From: an uncultured Nitrospiraceae bacterium
GTDB lineage: Bacteria > Nitrospirota > Nitrospiria > Nitrospirales > Nitrospiraceae
Assembly: GCA_963730935.1 (NCBI GenBank)
Contig: CAVSTP010000003.1
Location: forward strand, 704,001 to 768,000
Length of the DNA stretch: 64,000 nt
Direction of reading: 5' to 3'
Below the pieces are notes generated by a model that ran no database searches, was not told the origin of the DNA, and saw nothing but the letters and a program-made list of their open reading frames with translations. Positions 48,346 to 59,389 of the stretch are shown here, one piece after another. The position numbers and the translations under genes were made by a program. Within the stretch, counting starts at the first letter, position 1. Each line of letters begins with the position of its first letter.

Positions 48346-48810
48346 ATGCGGATTGTCTCAACCGCGTTCACCCATGAGGGTGCGATCCCTTCGCTCTATA
48401 CCTGTGAAGGCAACGATGTGTCTCCCCCCCTCTCCTGGTCGGAGGTCCCGCCGGGGACGAAGAGTTTGGCCCTGATCGTCGATGATCCGGACGCTCCCGA
48501 TCCGGCCGCGCCGAAAATGACCTGGGTGCATTGGGTCCTTTATAATTTGCCGCCGAAGAGTGACGGACTGCCTGAAAGCGCGAAGCCGCTGCCGGTGGGA
48601 ACTAAGGAAGGCATGAACGATTGGAAGCGCACGGGCTACGGAGGACCATGTCCGCCGATCGGTCGCCACCGGTATTTCCACAAGCTGTATGCGTTGGATA
48701 CCGTGCTGCCGGATCTGAAACAGCCGACCAAGGGGAAGCTCGAAGAGGCCATGAAGGGCCACATTCTTAGCGAAGCCCGTTTGATGGGGACCTATCAGAA
48801 GACCAAATAA
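48346..48810 (+). CDS. YbhB/YbcL (PEBP) family protein
   Basis: DPDAP, HW, GPCPP, HRY; start could be 48247. Confidence 0.9.
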   Translation: MRIVSTAFTHEGAIPSLYTCEGNDVSPPLSWSEVPPGTKSLALIVDDPDAPDPAAPKMTWVHWVLYNLPPKSDGLPESAKPLPVGTKEGMNDWKRTGYGGPCPPIGRHRYFHKLYALDTVLPDLKQPTKGKLEEAMKGHILSEARLMGTYQKTK

Positions 48811-48858
48811 ATCAGCCAACAGGCATTGAACAGCGGCCAGGAGAAGAGAGGAGAACGT

Positions 48859-49413
48859 ATGCGACGGGCATGGAGCGTGGTCCTGACACTACTTGTGCTT
48901 CCGAGTCTAGCGGCGGCAGCCGATTTTCGGTTGACGAGTCCGACCGTGAAAGATAAGGGCATCATCAGCAACGAACATGTCTTCAACGGGTTTGGATGCA
49001 ACGGCAACAACATTTCGCCCGAACTGCGGTGGGAGCGAGCGCCGAAAGGCACAAAGAGCTTTGCGGTGACGGTCTATGATCCCGACGCGCCGACGGGAAG
49101 CGGATGGTGGCATTGGGTGATCTTCAATATGCCTCCGGAGACCACGTCCTTACCGGCAGGCGCCGGCAAACCTGAGGGCGGAGGAGCGCCGCAAGGCAGC
49201 GTCCAATCCATGACGGATTTCGGTCAGCCGGGTTACGGCGGGCCCTGTCCGCCTCCGGGGGATAAGCCGCATCGGTACATCTTTACGCTGTACGCGCTGA
49301 AGCTGGATCAATTGCCTTTGCAGAAGGAGGCGTCGGGTGCGATGGTGGGCTACTACCTGAATCAGAATAAGTTGGCAAAAGCCTCGTTCACGGCGAAGTA
49401 CGGTCGGAAATAA
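48859..49413 (+). CDS. YbhB/YbcL (PEBP) family protein, exported
   Basis: Signal peptide; DPDAPTGSGWWHW, GPCPP. Confidence 0.92.
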   Translation: MRRAWSVVLTLLVLPSLAAAADFRLTSPTVKDKGIISNEHVFNGFGCNGNNISPELRWERAPKGTKSFAVTVYDPDAPTGSGWWHWVIFNMPPETTSLPAGAGKPEGGGAPQGSVQSMTDFGQPGYGGPCPPPGDKPHRYIFTLYALKLDQLPLQKEASGAMVGYYLNQNKLAKASFTAKYGRK

Positions 49414-49475
49414 GAACCTTTTCACACGTTGGACTGACGGCATAAAGGAAGAGATGCCGCTGACGGAGGAATTGA

Positions 49476-49934
49476 ATGCCGCTTGATACCGAACTCGGAA
49501 AGAAAATGCTGCAGCTCGTGACGTCACGGTATGACGATCGGCATTGGCGCAAGAAGATCGAAAAGACGTTGAGCCTGCCTCAGTCGGGTGTCAGCGACCC
49601 CATTCAACAGCAGATCTTCATGTATCTCAAGGTCGGGCTGAAAGCCTACAAGTCCCGACGCGCTGATCCGGACTCCTGGATTATTGGCGGCTTTGCCACC
49701 AAGGAAGTGATCGAGCGGGCGAAATACCAGCCGAAACAAGTTGGAGCCGACCTCACCAAGGATGATGTCGCGTTTCTGGGCACCGATCCGGGTAGTGACA
49801 TAGATGAGGTCTGGTGGGATGAGATGCTGGTCCAGTGGTTCGACGTGCCGGAGGAAGAGAAGCCCGCCAACGAAGACGAGGTAGTCGCTCATGAGGATCC
49901 CGCCGTCGTAAGACCTCCTGAATCACCCAACTAA
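49476..49934 (+). CDS. Hypothetical protein
   Basis: SD GGAGG; 152-aa ORF. Confidence 0.8.
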   Translation: MPLDTELGKKMLQLVTSRYDDRHWRKKIEKTLSLPQSGVSDPIQQQIFMYLKVGLKAYKSRRADPDSWIIGGFATKEVIERAKYQPKQVGADLTKDDVAFLGTDPGSDIDEVWWDEMLVQWFDVPEEEKPANEDEVVAHEDPAVVRPPESPN

Positions 49935-49972
49935 GCCTCGCTCGCTCAATCCTGTAAACTCGCAAAGAGGTT

Positions 49973-50178
49973 GGCCGCGTCTCGCGACGGCCGCTTCCGC
50001 CAGCGCCTGCTGGCTCGCCGTTACGCTCAGTCACACTTGGCACAGAAACTAGTTCCGTTCAGACCGTTTGTCGAACGGAACGTCAAACATCTATGCCATC
50101 CGCGAAGCGCGGCCAGCGCGACTTCGCTACGGCGAGAAACGCGGCGCTGATGCGTGCGTCAGCCCGCGCGACGCGGCC
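49973..50178 (-). repeat. Structured element A (~205-nt rod hairpin; ncRNA or REP/MITE-like)
   Basis: Nested stems ending in GTTCCGTTC-N12-GAACGGAAC; core shared with element B in inverted orientation. Confidence 0.75.
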
Positions 50179-50307
50179 TTGATGAAAACGGGCAGCAAGC
50201 TCGGTAGGATCTTTTGTGGCAGTTGTGTCTCGATTCATCCGGTCATCGGCGGCCACGATCCTCGTGAGCGACTTGAGGAAGGGAACAGCTCTCTTCTCGC
50301 GGGGTGA

Positions 50308-50492
50308 GGATAGTTGGGACTCCGGCGACTTGCGATGGGTGGCATAGCCCTGTCGCCGCGGGCGCCGAAGGCGATGGCGAGCATTGTTCGAAGTTCCGTT
50401 CGGATGCAATCCGGAACGGAACAAGTTGCGGAGCCAAGTGGCGACAGGCTATGCGGTCTAACCCATCGCTGAAGCCGGGTTCTCAACTATCC
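50308..50492 (+). repeat. Structured element B (~185-nt rod hairpin)
   Basis: GGATAGTTG/CAACTATCC termini, nested stems, same core as A; overlaps the udg stop codon. Confidence 0.75.
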
Positions 50493-51131
50493 GAACAAAT
50501 CCATCTGGGCGGGATTGGGCGGTTCGATGGTGAGAACCGGGGCGGCGGGTGCGGCAGCTTCAGTCTCAGCAGACTGTTGCGTGTGCCGGTCGAGGAAGTC
50601 CTTCAGTTTCTTGAAATCCTCCTTCAACGTATCGAGCAGGTTGCCCTGGTGTAAGGCGGCTGCCGGATGCAGGAGGGGGAAAATGACGAAGTCCTTCATA
50701 TAGAAGGCCTGCGCCTTGACCTTGGTAATCCCGACTTTCCTCTCCAACAGTGTCTGGGTGGCCCAGTTGCCCAGCGTGCACACCAGCTTGGGCCGGATCA
50801 TCTGGATTTGTTGCATCAGGAACGGCTTGCAGGTGTCCACTTCATCAGGTTCCGGATCGCGGTTGTTCGGGGGCCGGCACTTGATGACGTTCGCGATGTA
50901 GATCTGGTCGCGCGATAGATTCGCCGAGGCCAGCAGATCGTTCAGGAGTTTTCCCGCTGCACCCACGAACGGCTCGCCCTTTTGGTCTTCGTTGAATCCG
51001 GGCGCCTCGCCGACGAACATGATGCTCGCATGCGGATTCCCTACGCCGAACACCACCTGGGTTCGGCCCAGCTTCGCGAGTTTGCACTGCTGACAGTTGT
51101 GAAGTGATTTGGCGAGTTCTTGAAGCGTCAT
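50487..51131 (-). CDS. udg: Uracil-DNA glycosylase family 4
   Basis: CQQC, GEAPG, KCRPP, HPAA. Confidence 0.94.
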   Translation of the reverse strand: MTLQELAKSLHNCQQCKLAKLGRTQVVFGVGNPHASIMFVGEAPGFNEDQKGEPFVGAAGKLLNDLLASANLSRDQIYIANVIKCRPPNNRDPEPDEVDTCKPFLMQQIQMIRPKLVCTLGNWATQTLLERKVGITKVKAQAFYMKDFVIFPLLHPAAALHQGNLLDTLKEDFKKLKDFLDRHTQQSAETEAAAPAAPVLTIEPPNPAQMDLFG

Positions 51132-51212
51132 GATGAGAGAGATGATCGAAGGAGGGCATCTTAGGAGCGGTACCGAACGTTGTCAACGGTAGAAAATGCC
51201 AACGAGGAAACG

Positions 51213-52523
51213 CTAGAGACCCAAGGGCTGCAGAATGATCTCTGCGCATCGTTCGCCGCTGACAATGGCGCTTTCCAGATTGGCCGGCCAACCGGTGTCT
51301 GTCCAGGCTCCAGCGAGGAGCAGATTGCGAATGGGACTCCGCTGAAGCGGGCGTCGGACTTTCGTGCCGGGTGGTAGTGCCAACCAGGCATGGGCTCGGT
51401 CTTCTTGTCGGAATCCCGTGATCTGACGGTCCGGTTGAAGCAAGTTGAGCGATCGAAGCAGCGTGGAGACTCGCTGGACGGGCTCCGTGACCGCTTGATC
51501 CTGCGGCATCGTCACGGTCGCGACCAGGCCGCGATCGAATTGCGACGGCTTACACGCAATCCAATTAAACGGGCCGGAGCCCATCAGGATATGACGGGGA
51601 CTCGTCATCGGTTCCCCCGTCCGAACTTGCAAGACAGTGGGGGAGAAGGTCTCAAGGTCGACGATTTGCTGGAAATAGGCGTAGCGGCTGAGCCACCGTT
51701 CCGGCAACAAGCCCGTCAGCCCACGAGGTGGCAAGGCCGCGACATACCAATCGGCTTGAAGAGAGGTTCCATCGTTGACGCGCAGCCCGGTGATCCGATC
51801 GTCATGATACTCGAAGCCCACAGCAGGCATTCCCGCACACACCATGGCCTGTGCCTTTGCAAGGGCATCCGTCACCGGCTGCACGAACGCCCGGTCCCAG
51901 GCTTGGCTGGGAACCCAGATACGGCTGTCCGCCGCATGTGAGAGAAAGAACGGCTTCAACGCCATGACCAACGCATCCGCCGAGAGGTGGTGCAGATCGT
52001 TGCCGGTCAGCCAGCGGGCGAGCGGAGCCCAAATGGTCTGTCGGGATGACGGGCTATGGGAGAGCGAGTCAAGCCAACTCTCCGCTGTGCGCTGTTCGAG
52101 ATCGACCGGCAACTCGACCGACCCTTCCCAAAGCTGTTCCAGCCAGGAAAGCAGTTTCCACCGTTCGCCTGCTCGAAGGCCTGAAAAACGACCGATCGTC
52201 AGGAGTTGCTGAATGGGAGTTGGGAAACGCGTTTTTGGATAGCGGACCACTCGACCGCTTGGGAGCAGGAATTCCAACTGGGCTTCGGCGAAGCATGGCT
52301 GATCCGGCCGAAGACCGAGCGCATCCAGGAGTGCCCAGGTTGCTCCATGACAACCCAGGATGCTGGTCGGCGGATCGCTTTCGCGTCGCAGATGTTCGCC
52401 GATCCGAGCAGATGGAGTGAGCACAGTGACCCGAAGGCCGCCCAGTGCCAGCCGATAGGCAGCGGTCAGTCCCGCCGGTCCGGCGCCAAGCACAATTACC
52501 GATTGGCGGCCATCCGGCGTCAC
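51213..52523 (-). CDS. hpnE: Hydroxysqualene dehydroxylase HpnE-like FAD oxidoreductase
   Basis: GAGPAGL, AGAWTDTGWPANLESAIVSG; coupled to hpnD. Confidence 0.82.
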   Translation of the reverse strand: MTPDGRQSVIVLGAGPAGLTAAYRLALGGLRVTVLTPSARIGEHLRRESDPPTSILGCHGATWALLDALGLRPDQPCFAEAQLEFLLPSGRVVRYPKTRFPTPIQQLLTIGRFSGLRAGERWKLLSWLEQLWEGSVELPVDLEQRTAESWLDSLSHSPSSRQTIWAPLARWLTGNDLHHLSADALVMALKPFFLSHAADSRIWVPSQAWDRAFVQPVTDALAKAQAMVCAGMPAVGFEYHDDRITGLRVNDGTSLQADWYVAALPPRGLTGLLPERWLSRYAYFQQIVDLETFSPTVLQVRTGEPMTSPRHILMGSGPFNWIACKPSQFDRGLVATVTMPQDQAVTEPVQRVSTLLRSLNLLQPDRQITGFRQEDRAHAWLALPPGTKVRRPLQRSPIRNLLLAGAWTDTGWPANLESAIVSGERCAEIILQPLGL

Positions 52524-53386
52524 GAGAATTTCGAGCGAAGCCACACGCCGCCGGCAATGGCCAACCGATGAGAGGTCGATAGGCGGACCCGCGGGCCGAA
52601 AACCGCATGATCGGGACGTTCAATGCGTTCCAGGATCCGGGAGTAGACGGCCCTCATGATTTCAGCGACGGTCAGCGCACGGCGATCTTTCGACGGCAGG
52701 GAAGCGAGCGCAGCCCGGGCCTTTGCATAGTAGGCCCTCGCCCTTTGCGCTTCGAAACGGACCAATTCGTGATGGCGGGGGTTCTCTTTCCGCTCCAGGA
52801 ATTCCGCTTCACTGCAACCGAATTGTGCCAAATCCTCGTGAGGAAGGTAGATGCGGCCCTGTTCGGCATCGGTCGCCAGGTCGCGGAGAATGTTGGTGAG
52901 CTGAAAGGCCATTCCGAGATCCACCGCATAGTCCTGTGCATGGGCCGAAGTCGAACCGAAAATGTGCAGACAGATCAGACCGACGATCGAGGCGACACGG
53001 TAACAATACAGCGATAATTCTTCGAAGGTACTATAACGCGTTGTCGCCAGATCCATTTCGACGCCCTTGATGAGTTCCTCGAAGTAGGCCTTCGGGATTG
53101 AAAGCCGCTTGGCATGATGCGCCAGGCTGATCATGAGCGGCCATGTGGGTTCACCGGCATAGACCAAGTCAAGTTCGGAGCGCCAGCGACGAAGCTCTTC
53201 CTTGGGGTCGCTCCCGGGCGGCGGCTCGTCGACGGCGCTATCCACCGCTTTGCAAAAGGCGTAGACGGTGTACATCGCCTCGCGCCGGGCCTTCGGCAAG
53301 AACATGAACGAATAATAGAAGTTGCTTCCGCTTTGTTTTGTGAGATTGGTGCAGTATGCCTGAGCCTCCGCAGACGTCATGGTCAT
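52520..53386 (-). CDS. hpnD: Presqualene diphosphate synthase
   Basis: SNFYYSF, YCYRVA, QLTNILRD..D. Confidence 0.88.
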   Translation of the reverse strand: MTMTSAEAQAYCTNLTKQSGSNFYYSFMFLPKARREAMYTVYAFCKAVDSAVDEPPPGSDPKEELRRWRSELDLVYAGEPTWPLMISLAHHAKRLSIPKAYFEELIKGVEMDLATTRYSTFEELSLYCYRVASIVGLICLHIFGSTSAHAQDYAVDLGMAFQLTNILRDLATDAEQGRIYLPHEDLAQFGCSEAEFLERKENPRHHELVRFEAQRARAYYAKARAALASLPSKDRRALTVAEIMRAVYSRILERIERPDHAVFGPRVRLSTSHRLAIAGGVWLRSKFS

Positions 53387-54321
53387 CTCGATTGACCTGT
53401 GAGACATACGCTGCCCGTCAAATCGCGAACGGCATCGTTCGGGCGGTCGGCATGCACCGTTCCGGTACAGATGTCGGCCATCAGCTCCACGCCGTCCACG
53501 AGACGAGGACCGGGACGACTGAAGTATGAGCCGGCATCGACAACATAGGTTTTGGCGGCGGAGAGCAGAAGACGCGAGGAAGCCGAATCCTCCCGGCAGA
53601 GAACGGTCAGTTCAGAGACGGTGCGGGCCAGCGAAAATCCGCAAGGCATGACGATGAGAATGTCGGGCGCCGCGTCTCGCACTTCTTCCATGGTGACTTG
53701 CCGGGAGGGCTCGCCGGCATGTCCTAGTACATCGAGCCCCCCGGCGGCGTCCACCATTTCTGGAATCCAGTGTCCGCCCACATACAGAGGGCTCAGCCAC
53801 TCGAGGCAGACGATGCGTGGCCGTGGTTGTTGCGTCGATCTCTCGCGAACGGCGGCCATCCGGCTCCGGAGCGAACCCGCAAGGTTGCGTCCACGCAAAT
53901 CCACCCCCAGTGCGGCTCCGATACGTTCGACATCGTTGATCACATCGGTGAGCGAATGGGGAGCGAGCGTCAGGAGCTGCGGTTTCCGGGGCAGCGATTC
54001 CATGGCGCGCTCGAGCTCATGCGGCGTCACTGCGCACACGTGACAGACGTCTTGGGTCAGAATGATGTCGGGCCGCGCCTCAGCCAAGGCCCGCTCATCC
54101 ACGCGATACAGCGGTTGTCCCGACGACGTCAGCGCCTTGACTTGGCGGTCGATCTCGGCGCTGTCCGTGCCGTCCGAATCGACAATGGGGCGCACCATGA
54201 GCGGAACACCGCGGACGGCCGGTGGATAATCGCACTCGTGGCTGATCCCGACGAGCGAGTCGGCCAACTCGAGCGCCATGACGACCTCGGTTGCGCCCGG
54301 CACGAGCGAGCAGATTCGCAT
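53383..54321 (-). CDS. Cobalamin/Fe-siderophore-binding protein-like (BtuF family)
   Basis: MRICSLVPGATE, SHECDYP, RPGPRL. Confidence 0.85.
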   Translation of the reverse strand: MRICSLVPGATEVVMALELADSLVGISHECDYPPAVRGVPLMVRPIVDSDGTDSAEIDRQVKALTSSGQPLYRVDERALAEARPDIILTQDVCHVCAVTPHELERAMESLPRKPQLLTLAPHSLTDVINDVERIGAALGVDLRGRNLAGSLRSRMAAVRERSTQQPRPRIVCLEWLSPLYVGGHWIPEMVDAAGGLDVLGHAGEPSRQVTMEEVRDAAPDILIVMPCGFSLARTVSELTVLCREDSASSRLLLSAAKTYVVDAGSYFSRPGPRLVDGVELMADICTGTVHADRPNDAVRDLTGSVCLTGQSR

Positions 54322-54333
54322 ATCAGCGTCCTC

Positions 54334-55023
54334 TCATGCGGCCGGCCAGAGACGTGTGCGCAGCTCTTTGAGATCGGTCTCCAGGAGGCTATTCGTGATG
54401 GCATGAGCCTCGTGCAGGTCCTGAACGGTGTGCGTGTTTGTCACTGCCAACACCTTCATGCCGGCGGTTCGTGCACCGCGTACTCCAGGTAGCGAATCTT
54501 CGATCACCAGGCACGAGGACGGGATGAGACCGGCGTCGTGTTGCTGGAGCGCTTTCAACGCCAGGAGAAACGGCTGTGGGTCAGGTTTGCCTCTGGTCAC
54601 GTCTTCCGCGCTGGTGATGTGCAGAAATGCTGGTCTGAGACCGGCGGTATCTAGAATGTACTCAATTTCATGCCGCAACGCGCCGGACGCAATGGCCAGA
54701 GGGTAGGTGTGGGCAGCCTCACGGACGAACTCGGGGACACCGGGAAAGATCACCTGATGGTGCCTGACTGATTCCAGGTATGCCTCGGCTTTCCGCTTCA
54801 TCAGACGCCCGACAACGGCGGCGTCGGCAGGACGATGATTCGCTGCCAGCGCGGCCAGAATACAGCCGCGGTCGTCATATCCGAGGTAGTCGGCGTAGTA
54901 TTCCGCTTCAGTCAGTTCGATGCCGATTTCTTTGAGCGTTTGGCACAGGCCGGCATAATGCAACGGCTCTGTGTTGGCAATGACGCCGTCGAAATCGAAA
55001 ATGAGAGCTTGAAGTGTCGACAT
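54334..55023 (-). CDS. HAD family phosphatase
   Basis: FDFDGV, KPDP, EDS. Confidence 0.92.
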   Translation of the reverse strand: MSTLQALIFDFDGVIANTEPLHYAGLCQTLKEIGIELTEAEYYADYLGYDDRGCILAALAANHRPADAAVVGRLMKRKAEAYLESVRHHQVIFPGVPEFVREAAHTYPLAIASGALRHEIEYILDTAGLRPAFLHITSAEDVTRGKPDPQPFLLALKALQQHDAGLIPSSCLVIEDSLPGVRGARTAGMKVLAVTNTHTVQDLHEAHAITNSLLETDLKELRTRLWPAA

Positions 55024-55113
55024 AGAAACGACGGGAAGATCATGTTGGAAGTTTCGGCGCGGATTATAGCACAGGGGTCACAAAAAGAAGGCGGACCAAC
55101 GCAGTCGTAGGCT

Positions 55114-55764
55114 TTAGAACTTCAATCGCAGCCGCTTTTCCGGGATCCAGCCCTTGACGCCGTCGTCCGTCCGAACCGAGTAGACCCAGCCGCTCGGTTG
55201 GAGATCGCCGTCGAGCACGCTCAATGTGACGCCGGGACGGACCACAGGACCCGGCTTCACACCCGCGGGGTCCAGAGAGAGCGGAATCGTTTCGCCTGGA
55301 GCGGTCGGATTCCCGATCGCGGTCACCTTTTGCCCTTCGGCAAACATTGGAGAAGCAACAGCGGATGCCGGTGCTGTCGGAGCCATCGCTGGAGCGGTCG
55401 CAGAAGGAGGCATCGGCGCGGTCGGAGTACCTGAAGGAGCTGTTTCGGAAGGGGTCGGTGGCGTTACCGGAGCTGTGGAAGCGGGCGGAGGAGCCGTCGG
55501 TGGCGCAGTCCTTGGTTTTGTCGCCGTCGCGTGCGGTTCAGGCAGATTGTCACCCGTAAAGGGAGCCAGCCAGTCCGCGAGTTGTTCCGGTTCCATGGCG
55601 AGGTAGCCGATCCCTGCGACCAAGAGGAGGAGGAAGATCCACAGCAGCGGTCGTCCGCCACGCGATTTCTTTCCGGACTTCATGGAAGAGGCAGGTTTGG
55701 TGGCAGTCGTCTGATCCAGTTCCTCTTCAGTAAACTCCAAATCCGGCTCCGGTTGACGGGCCAT
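55114..55764 (-). CDS. Membrane-anchored Pro-rich protein with C-terminal SH3-like domain
   Basis: TM, PAT linker, W.YSVRTDDG.KGWI. Confidence 0.78.
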   Translation of the reverse strand: MARQPEPDLEFTEEELDQTTATKPASSMKSGKKSRGGRPLLWIFLLLLVAGIGYLAMEPEQLADWLAPFTGDNLPEPHATATKPRTAPPTAPPPASTAPVTPPTPSETAPSGTPTAPMPPSATAPAMAPTAPASAVASPMFAEGQKVTAIGNPTAPGETIPLSLDPAGVKPGPVVRPGVTLSVLDGDLQPSGWVYSVRTDDGVKGWIPEKRLRLKF

Positions 55765-55853
55765 CGAATACCTCCAAACTAACGATAGAAGCTTGTCTTA
55801 TCACCATCCCCCCTGAGAGTCAATTTTCCCTTTGAAAATGCCGCGAGTCGCGA

Positions 55854-57626
55854 TCAGCAGGGTTGTGCGGGAGAGCAGGACAGGACCTGAGCTTCACGGC
55901 TGCCGCTGCGAAAGACCGTCAAGCCCTTACACCCCAGCTCATAGGCCAGGAGAAATGCATCGGCCACGTCTGCCTTGGTGGCGGACGATGGCAAATTGAT
56001 CGTTTTTGACACGCCGCTGTCGCTGAGGCGCTGAAAGACGGCCTGCATGCGAACATGTTGCTGCGGCGGGACGTCGTGTGCGGTGACAAAGAGCCGGCGG
56101 ATCTCTTGCGGAATACGTGCGATATTCTGAATGGAGGGGCTCGCTGACAGCTCATTCCGAAGCGTATCGAGGGTAAGGCCGTGCGCGCGGATCATGCGCG
56201 CAAAAGCCGGGTGGACCATCGTCAGTTCCAGGTCTTCCAGAGCCCGGCGCAGAATGCGCACTCCATACAGCGGTTCAATGCCGGGCGAACAGCCTGCGAT
56301 GAGACTGATCGTTCCCGTTGGCGCGATGGTAGTCACCGTGGCATTGCGCCGTCGCTCGTGGCGGGCTTCAAGCTGGCTTCCACGGTAGGCTGGGAAGAGC
56401 CCTCGCTCCAAAGCGAGTTGGCGTGAGGCGTCGTGAGCACGCGTCTGGACAAACGACATCAGCGTGGTCGCCTGGGCAATGGCGGCGTCGGTATCATAGG
56501 GGATGTGCAGGGCAATCAACAAATCGGCGAATCCCATGATCCCAAGTCCAATCTTTCGCGTCCGTAGTGTAGCGGTTTCGATGTCCTTGAGCGGGTAGTG
56601 GTTGCGATCAATCACATTGTCCAGGAAGCGGACAGCCAGGCCGATCGTTTCCTCGAGCCTCGCATAATCGATGGTTGCCGTGCCGCCGGTACGCAGGACG
56701 AACTTCGAGACATCGATGGATCCGAGGGTGCAGGATTCGTACGACAGCAGCGGTTGTTCGCCGCAGGGGTTCGTGGCTTCGATGTTCCCTAGCCGGGGCG
56801 TCGGATTGGCCGCGTTGATCCGGTCCAGATAGATGACACCTGGCTCTCCCGTGGCCCAGGCGGCCTCCGCCAGCCGATCAAACACCATCTGGGCTGGCAG
56901 CCGCCTGACCGCTTTTCCGGTGCGCGGATTAATGAGGCCATAGCGCCGCCCACGTTCGAGGGCACGCATGAAGTCCGGCGTGATCCCGACCGACAGATTG
57001 AAGTTGGTCATTTCAGCCGGATCCTGCTTCAACCCGATGAATTCTAGAATGTCGGGATGATCCACACGTAAAATGCCCATGTTGGCTCCGCGCCGTGTGC
57101 CACCCTGTTTGATGACGTCCGTGGCCATGTTGAAAATGCGCATGAACGACACGGGGCCGGAAGCGATGCCATGCGTAGAGGCCACGAGGTCGTCGTGTGG
57201 GCGAAGCCGACTGAACGAAAATCCCGTCCCGCCTCCCGACTGGTGGATCAGCGCCTGCTGCTTCACCGCATCGAGGATGGAACTCAGCGAGTCTTCGACC
57301 GGCAGGACGAAGCAGGCAGCCAATTGTTGCAGGGGACGTCCGGCGTTCATGAGTGTCGGCGAATTGGGGAGAAATTCCAGGCGTGCCATGCATTCGTAAA
57401 ACCGTTGTGCGGCGCCGGCAAGGCGCGTTGAGCCCGGATAGAGCTGTTCGGCTTGTGCGACGTCAGTGGCAATGCGCCAGAACAATTGCGGGATCGTTTC
57501 CGTGACGACGCCGTGGTGATTCTTGATGAGGTATCGCCGCCGAAGCACGACCTTCGCTTCGGGCGACAACCGCGGGACGGGCCTGGAAGGGGGCGCCGTC
57601 GACCGGACAGAGCGGGGAGAACGCAT
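55854..57626 (-). CDS. nrdJ: Adenosylcobalamin-dependent ribonucleotide reductase (class II, short form)
   Basis: [31 protein letters not shown]. Confidence 0.92.
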   Translation of the reverse strand: MRSPRSVRSTAPPSRPVPRLSPEAKVVLRRRYLIKNHHGVVTETIPQLFWRIATDVAQAEQLYPGSTRLAGAAQRFYECMARLEFLPNSPTLMNAGRPLQQLAACFVLPVEDSLSSILDAVKQQALIHQSGGGTGFSFSRLRPHDDLVASTHGIASGPVSFMRIFNMATDVIKQGGTRRGANMGILRVDHPDILEFIGLKQDPAEMTNFNLSVGITPDFMRALERGRRYGLINPRTGKAVRRLPAQMVFDRLAEAAWATGEPGVIYLDRINAANPTPRLGNIEATNPCGEQPLLSYESCTLGSIDVSKFVLRTGGTATIDYARLEETIGLAVRFLDNVIDRNHYPLKDIETATLRTRKIGLGIMGFADLLIALHIPYDTDAAIAQATTLMSFVQTRAHDASRQLALERGLFPAYRGSQLEARHERRRNATVTTIAPTGTISLIAGCSPGIEPLYGVRILRRALEDLELTMVHPAFARMIRAHGLTLDTLRNELSASPSIQNIARIPQEIRRLFVTAHDVPPQQHVRMQAVFQRLSDSGVSKTINLPSSATKADVADAFLLAYELGCKGLTVFRSGSREAQVLSCSPAQPC

Positions 57627-57721
57627 GCGGTATTATAACCGCCGCACCTCCGTTTGACGATATTACCGGGCTTGAATCTTCTCGGCTTCCGGTCTCACAA
57701 TGCAGTGCCGGTGACACGATC

Positions 57722-58135
57722 ATGCGCTCTTACCGCGAAGAACTCTGGTTCGAAACGAAGACACGGCGCGCCTACCTCAACATCACGCCTCAGGTCGAGC
57801 AGATCGTCAAAAAGAGCGGCGTTCAGGAAGGGCTGGTGCTGGTCAATGCCATGCACATCACGGCCAGCGTCTACATCAACGACGACGAACAGGGGCTGCT
57901 GCACGACTACGATCGCTTTTTGGAGCGGATCGCGCCTCATGACGACGTGTATCGCCACAACGAAACGGGTGAGGACAATGGGGATGCGCACATCAAGCGG
58001 CAAGTGATGGGTCGTGAAGTCGTGGTAGCGATCACCAACGGCCGGTTGGATTTCGGACCGTGGGAACAGATTTTTTATGGTGAGTTCGACGGCCGGCGCA
58101 AGAAGCGGGTGTTGGTGAAGGTCGTCGGTGACTGA
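57722..58135 (+). CDS. YjbQ/UPF0047 family protein
   Basis: HITAS, NGDAH, GPWEQI..EFDG. Confidence 0.93.
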   Translation: MRSYREELWFETKTRRAYLNITPQVEQIVKKSGVQEGLVLVNAMHITASVYINDDEQGLLHDYDRFLERIAPHDDVYRHNETGEDNGDAHIKRQVMGREVVVAITNGRLDFGPWEQIFYGEFDGRRKKRVLVKVVGD

Positions 58136-58251
58136 GGCATCGACTGTGAGAGTCGATAGGCGAGGTTCAAACCGATTGAGCGCTTGCTCCTCGATGGAAA
58201 GTTTGGCAACATGGATGTCTACGGCTCATCGTCTACTGCCCGGAGTATTTC

Positions 58252-59265
58252 ATGCAAAGTTGGTCTCGTCCCGATCCCCTGACCAGAGACTTGGTTCATC
58301 TGATCAACGCCCGCCGTCACGATCACGGTGACACCGACGCGGCGATCGATACGCTTCAGGCGTTTCTCGAGCAGGGGCGTGAAGAAGATCTGTTGACGGT
58401 GCTCGCCGCGCTCGATGAGGACATGGCGGAATGGCTGTTCGATCTAGTGGCCGAGGCGTCCTGTTCCGTGATGCTCGACACCACAGCCGACGAAAAACTC
58501 TCCTACGCTGTGATGGCTGCGCTGGAGCTTCCGCTTCAGGCCAACCTTTCCCACCCGTTGAAGCTCAAAATCGATCCCGTCGCCACGGCTGAAGTGTTGC
58601 ATCGGCATCTTCGGCTGTCCTCGGGGACCGTGGTCCGCGTGGAGCCACGGCTGTTGACGGATGCCACGCTCGAGGCGTTGAGTTTGCAAGCGTTGAACGA
58701 GCACCTGACCACAGTGGCGGAATCCCAGCGCGGCCGCTCGATCGCGGCTCGGTTGTATCCTCCGGTCGAGAACACGGCGTTTCTGTTTTTCGAATTGATC
58801 GGCGTGCCTGATGCCGGTCTGCCGGATTCGCTCGAGGATCCGCACCGCCGTGCATTGTTGGAGGGCTTGGTCGAGCAATGTCCCGAATTGGCGCTGGCTC
58901 CCGACACGATCGAGGCGCCTGTATATGCCGCCTACGCCATGTTCGATGCGCAGAACGCTGTCCGCCTTCATCATCTGGCCGACGAAACCGCTGCCGTCTG
59001 GCGGGATCTTGATCCGCTCGTCCGTGCCCGAACCATCGTGCACCTCCACACGCAATGCGGGAACGGGGTGTATATGCCGGTGTGGACCGATCTGTTCGAC
59101 CCCGAACTTCCCGAGGAACACGGTCCTGTCTGGACGTCGCCCGATGTATGGGTCTTCACCGCCGACCTGCCGATCGAATGGCCGGGGGAGATGCTGACCA
59201 ATCGCCTACTGGCCGAAGGCTGCACAAGGTTTGAGAATCATATCGTCGAAGCCCCCGAGAACTAA
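58252..59265 (+). CDS. Hypothetical protein
   Basis: 337-aa ORF, no family recognised. Confidence 0.75.
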   Translation: MQSWSRPDPLTRDLVHLINARRHDHGDTDAAIDTLQAFLEQGREEDLLTVLAALDEDMAEWLFDLVAEASCSVMLDTTADEKLSYAVMAALELPLQANLSHPLKLKIDPVATAEVLHRHLRLSSGTVVRVEPRLLTDATLEALSLQALNEHLTTVAESQRGRSIAARLYPPVENTAFLFFELIGVPDAGLPDSLEDPHRRALLEGLVEQCPELALAPDTIEAPVYAAYAMFDAQNAVRLHHLADETAAVWRDLDPLVRARTIVHLHTQCGNGVYMPVWTDLFDPELPEEHGPVWTSPDVWVFTADLPIEWPGEMLTNRLLAEGCTRFENHIVEAPEN

Positions 59266-59389
59266 CTTCTACTGATCTCCCGCTGACCTTCCGCGGAAAT
59301 TCACTGGTTTCTGCTTGTCCGAATCCGCGCATTTCGTCGATTTTTTGAGCCTCTTGACCTATGCTCAGGACTCGTCGAGAGGAGCTCTC

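Noticed and set aside
50037..50053. sigma54 promoter TTGGCAC
   Set aside because: No GC at the -12 position; the motif is part of the hairpin core.
50308..50492. 6S RNA call
   Set aside because: Length fits, but there is no large central bubble, a related copy lies beside it, and it overlaps the udg stop.
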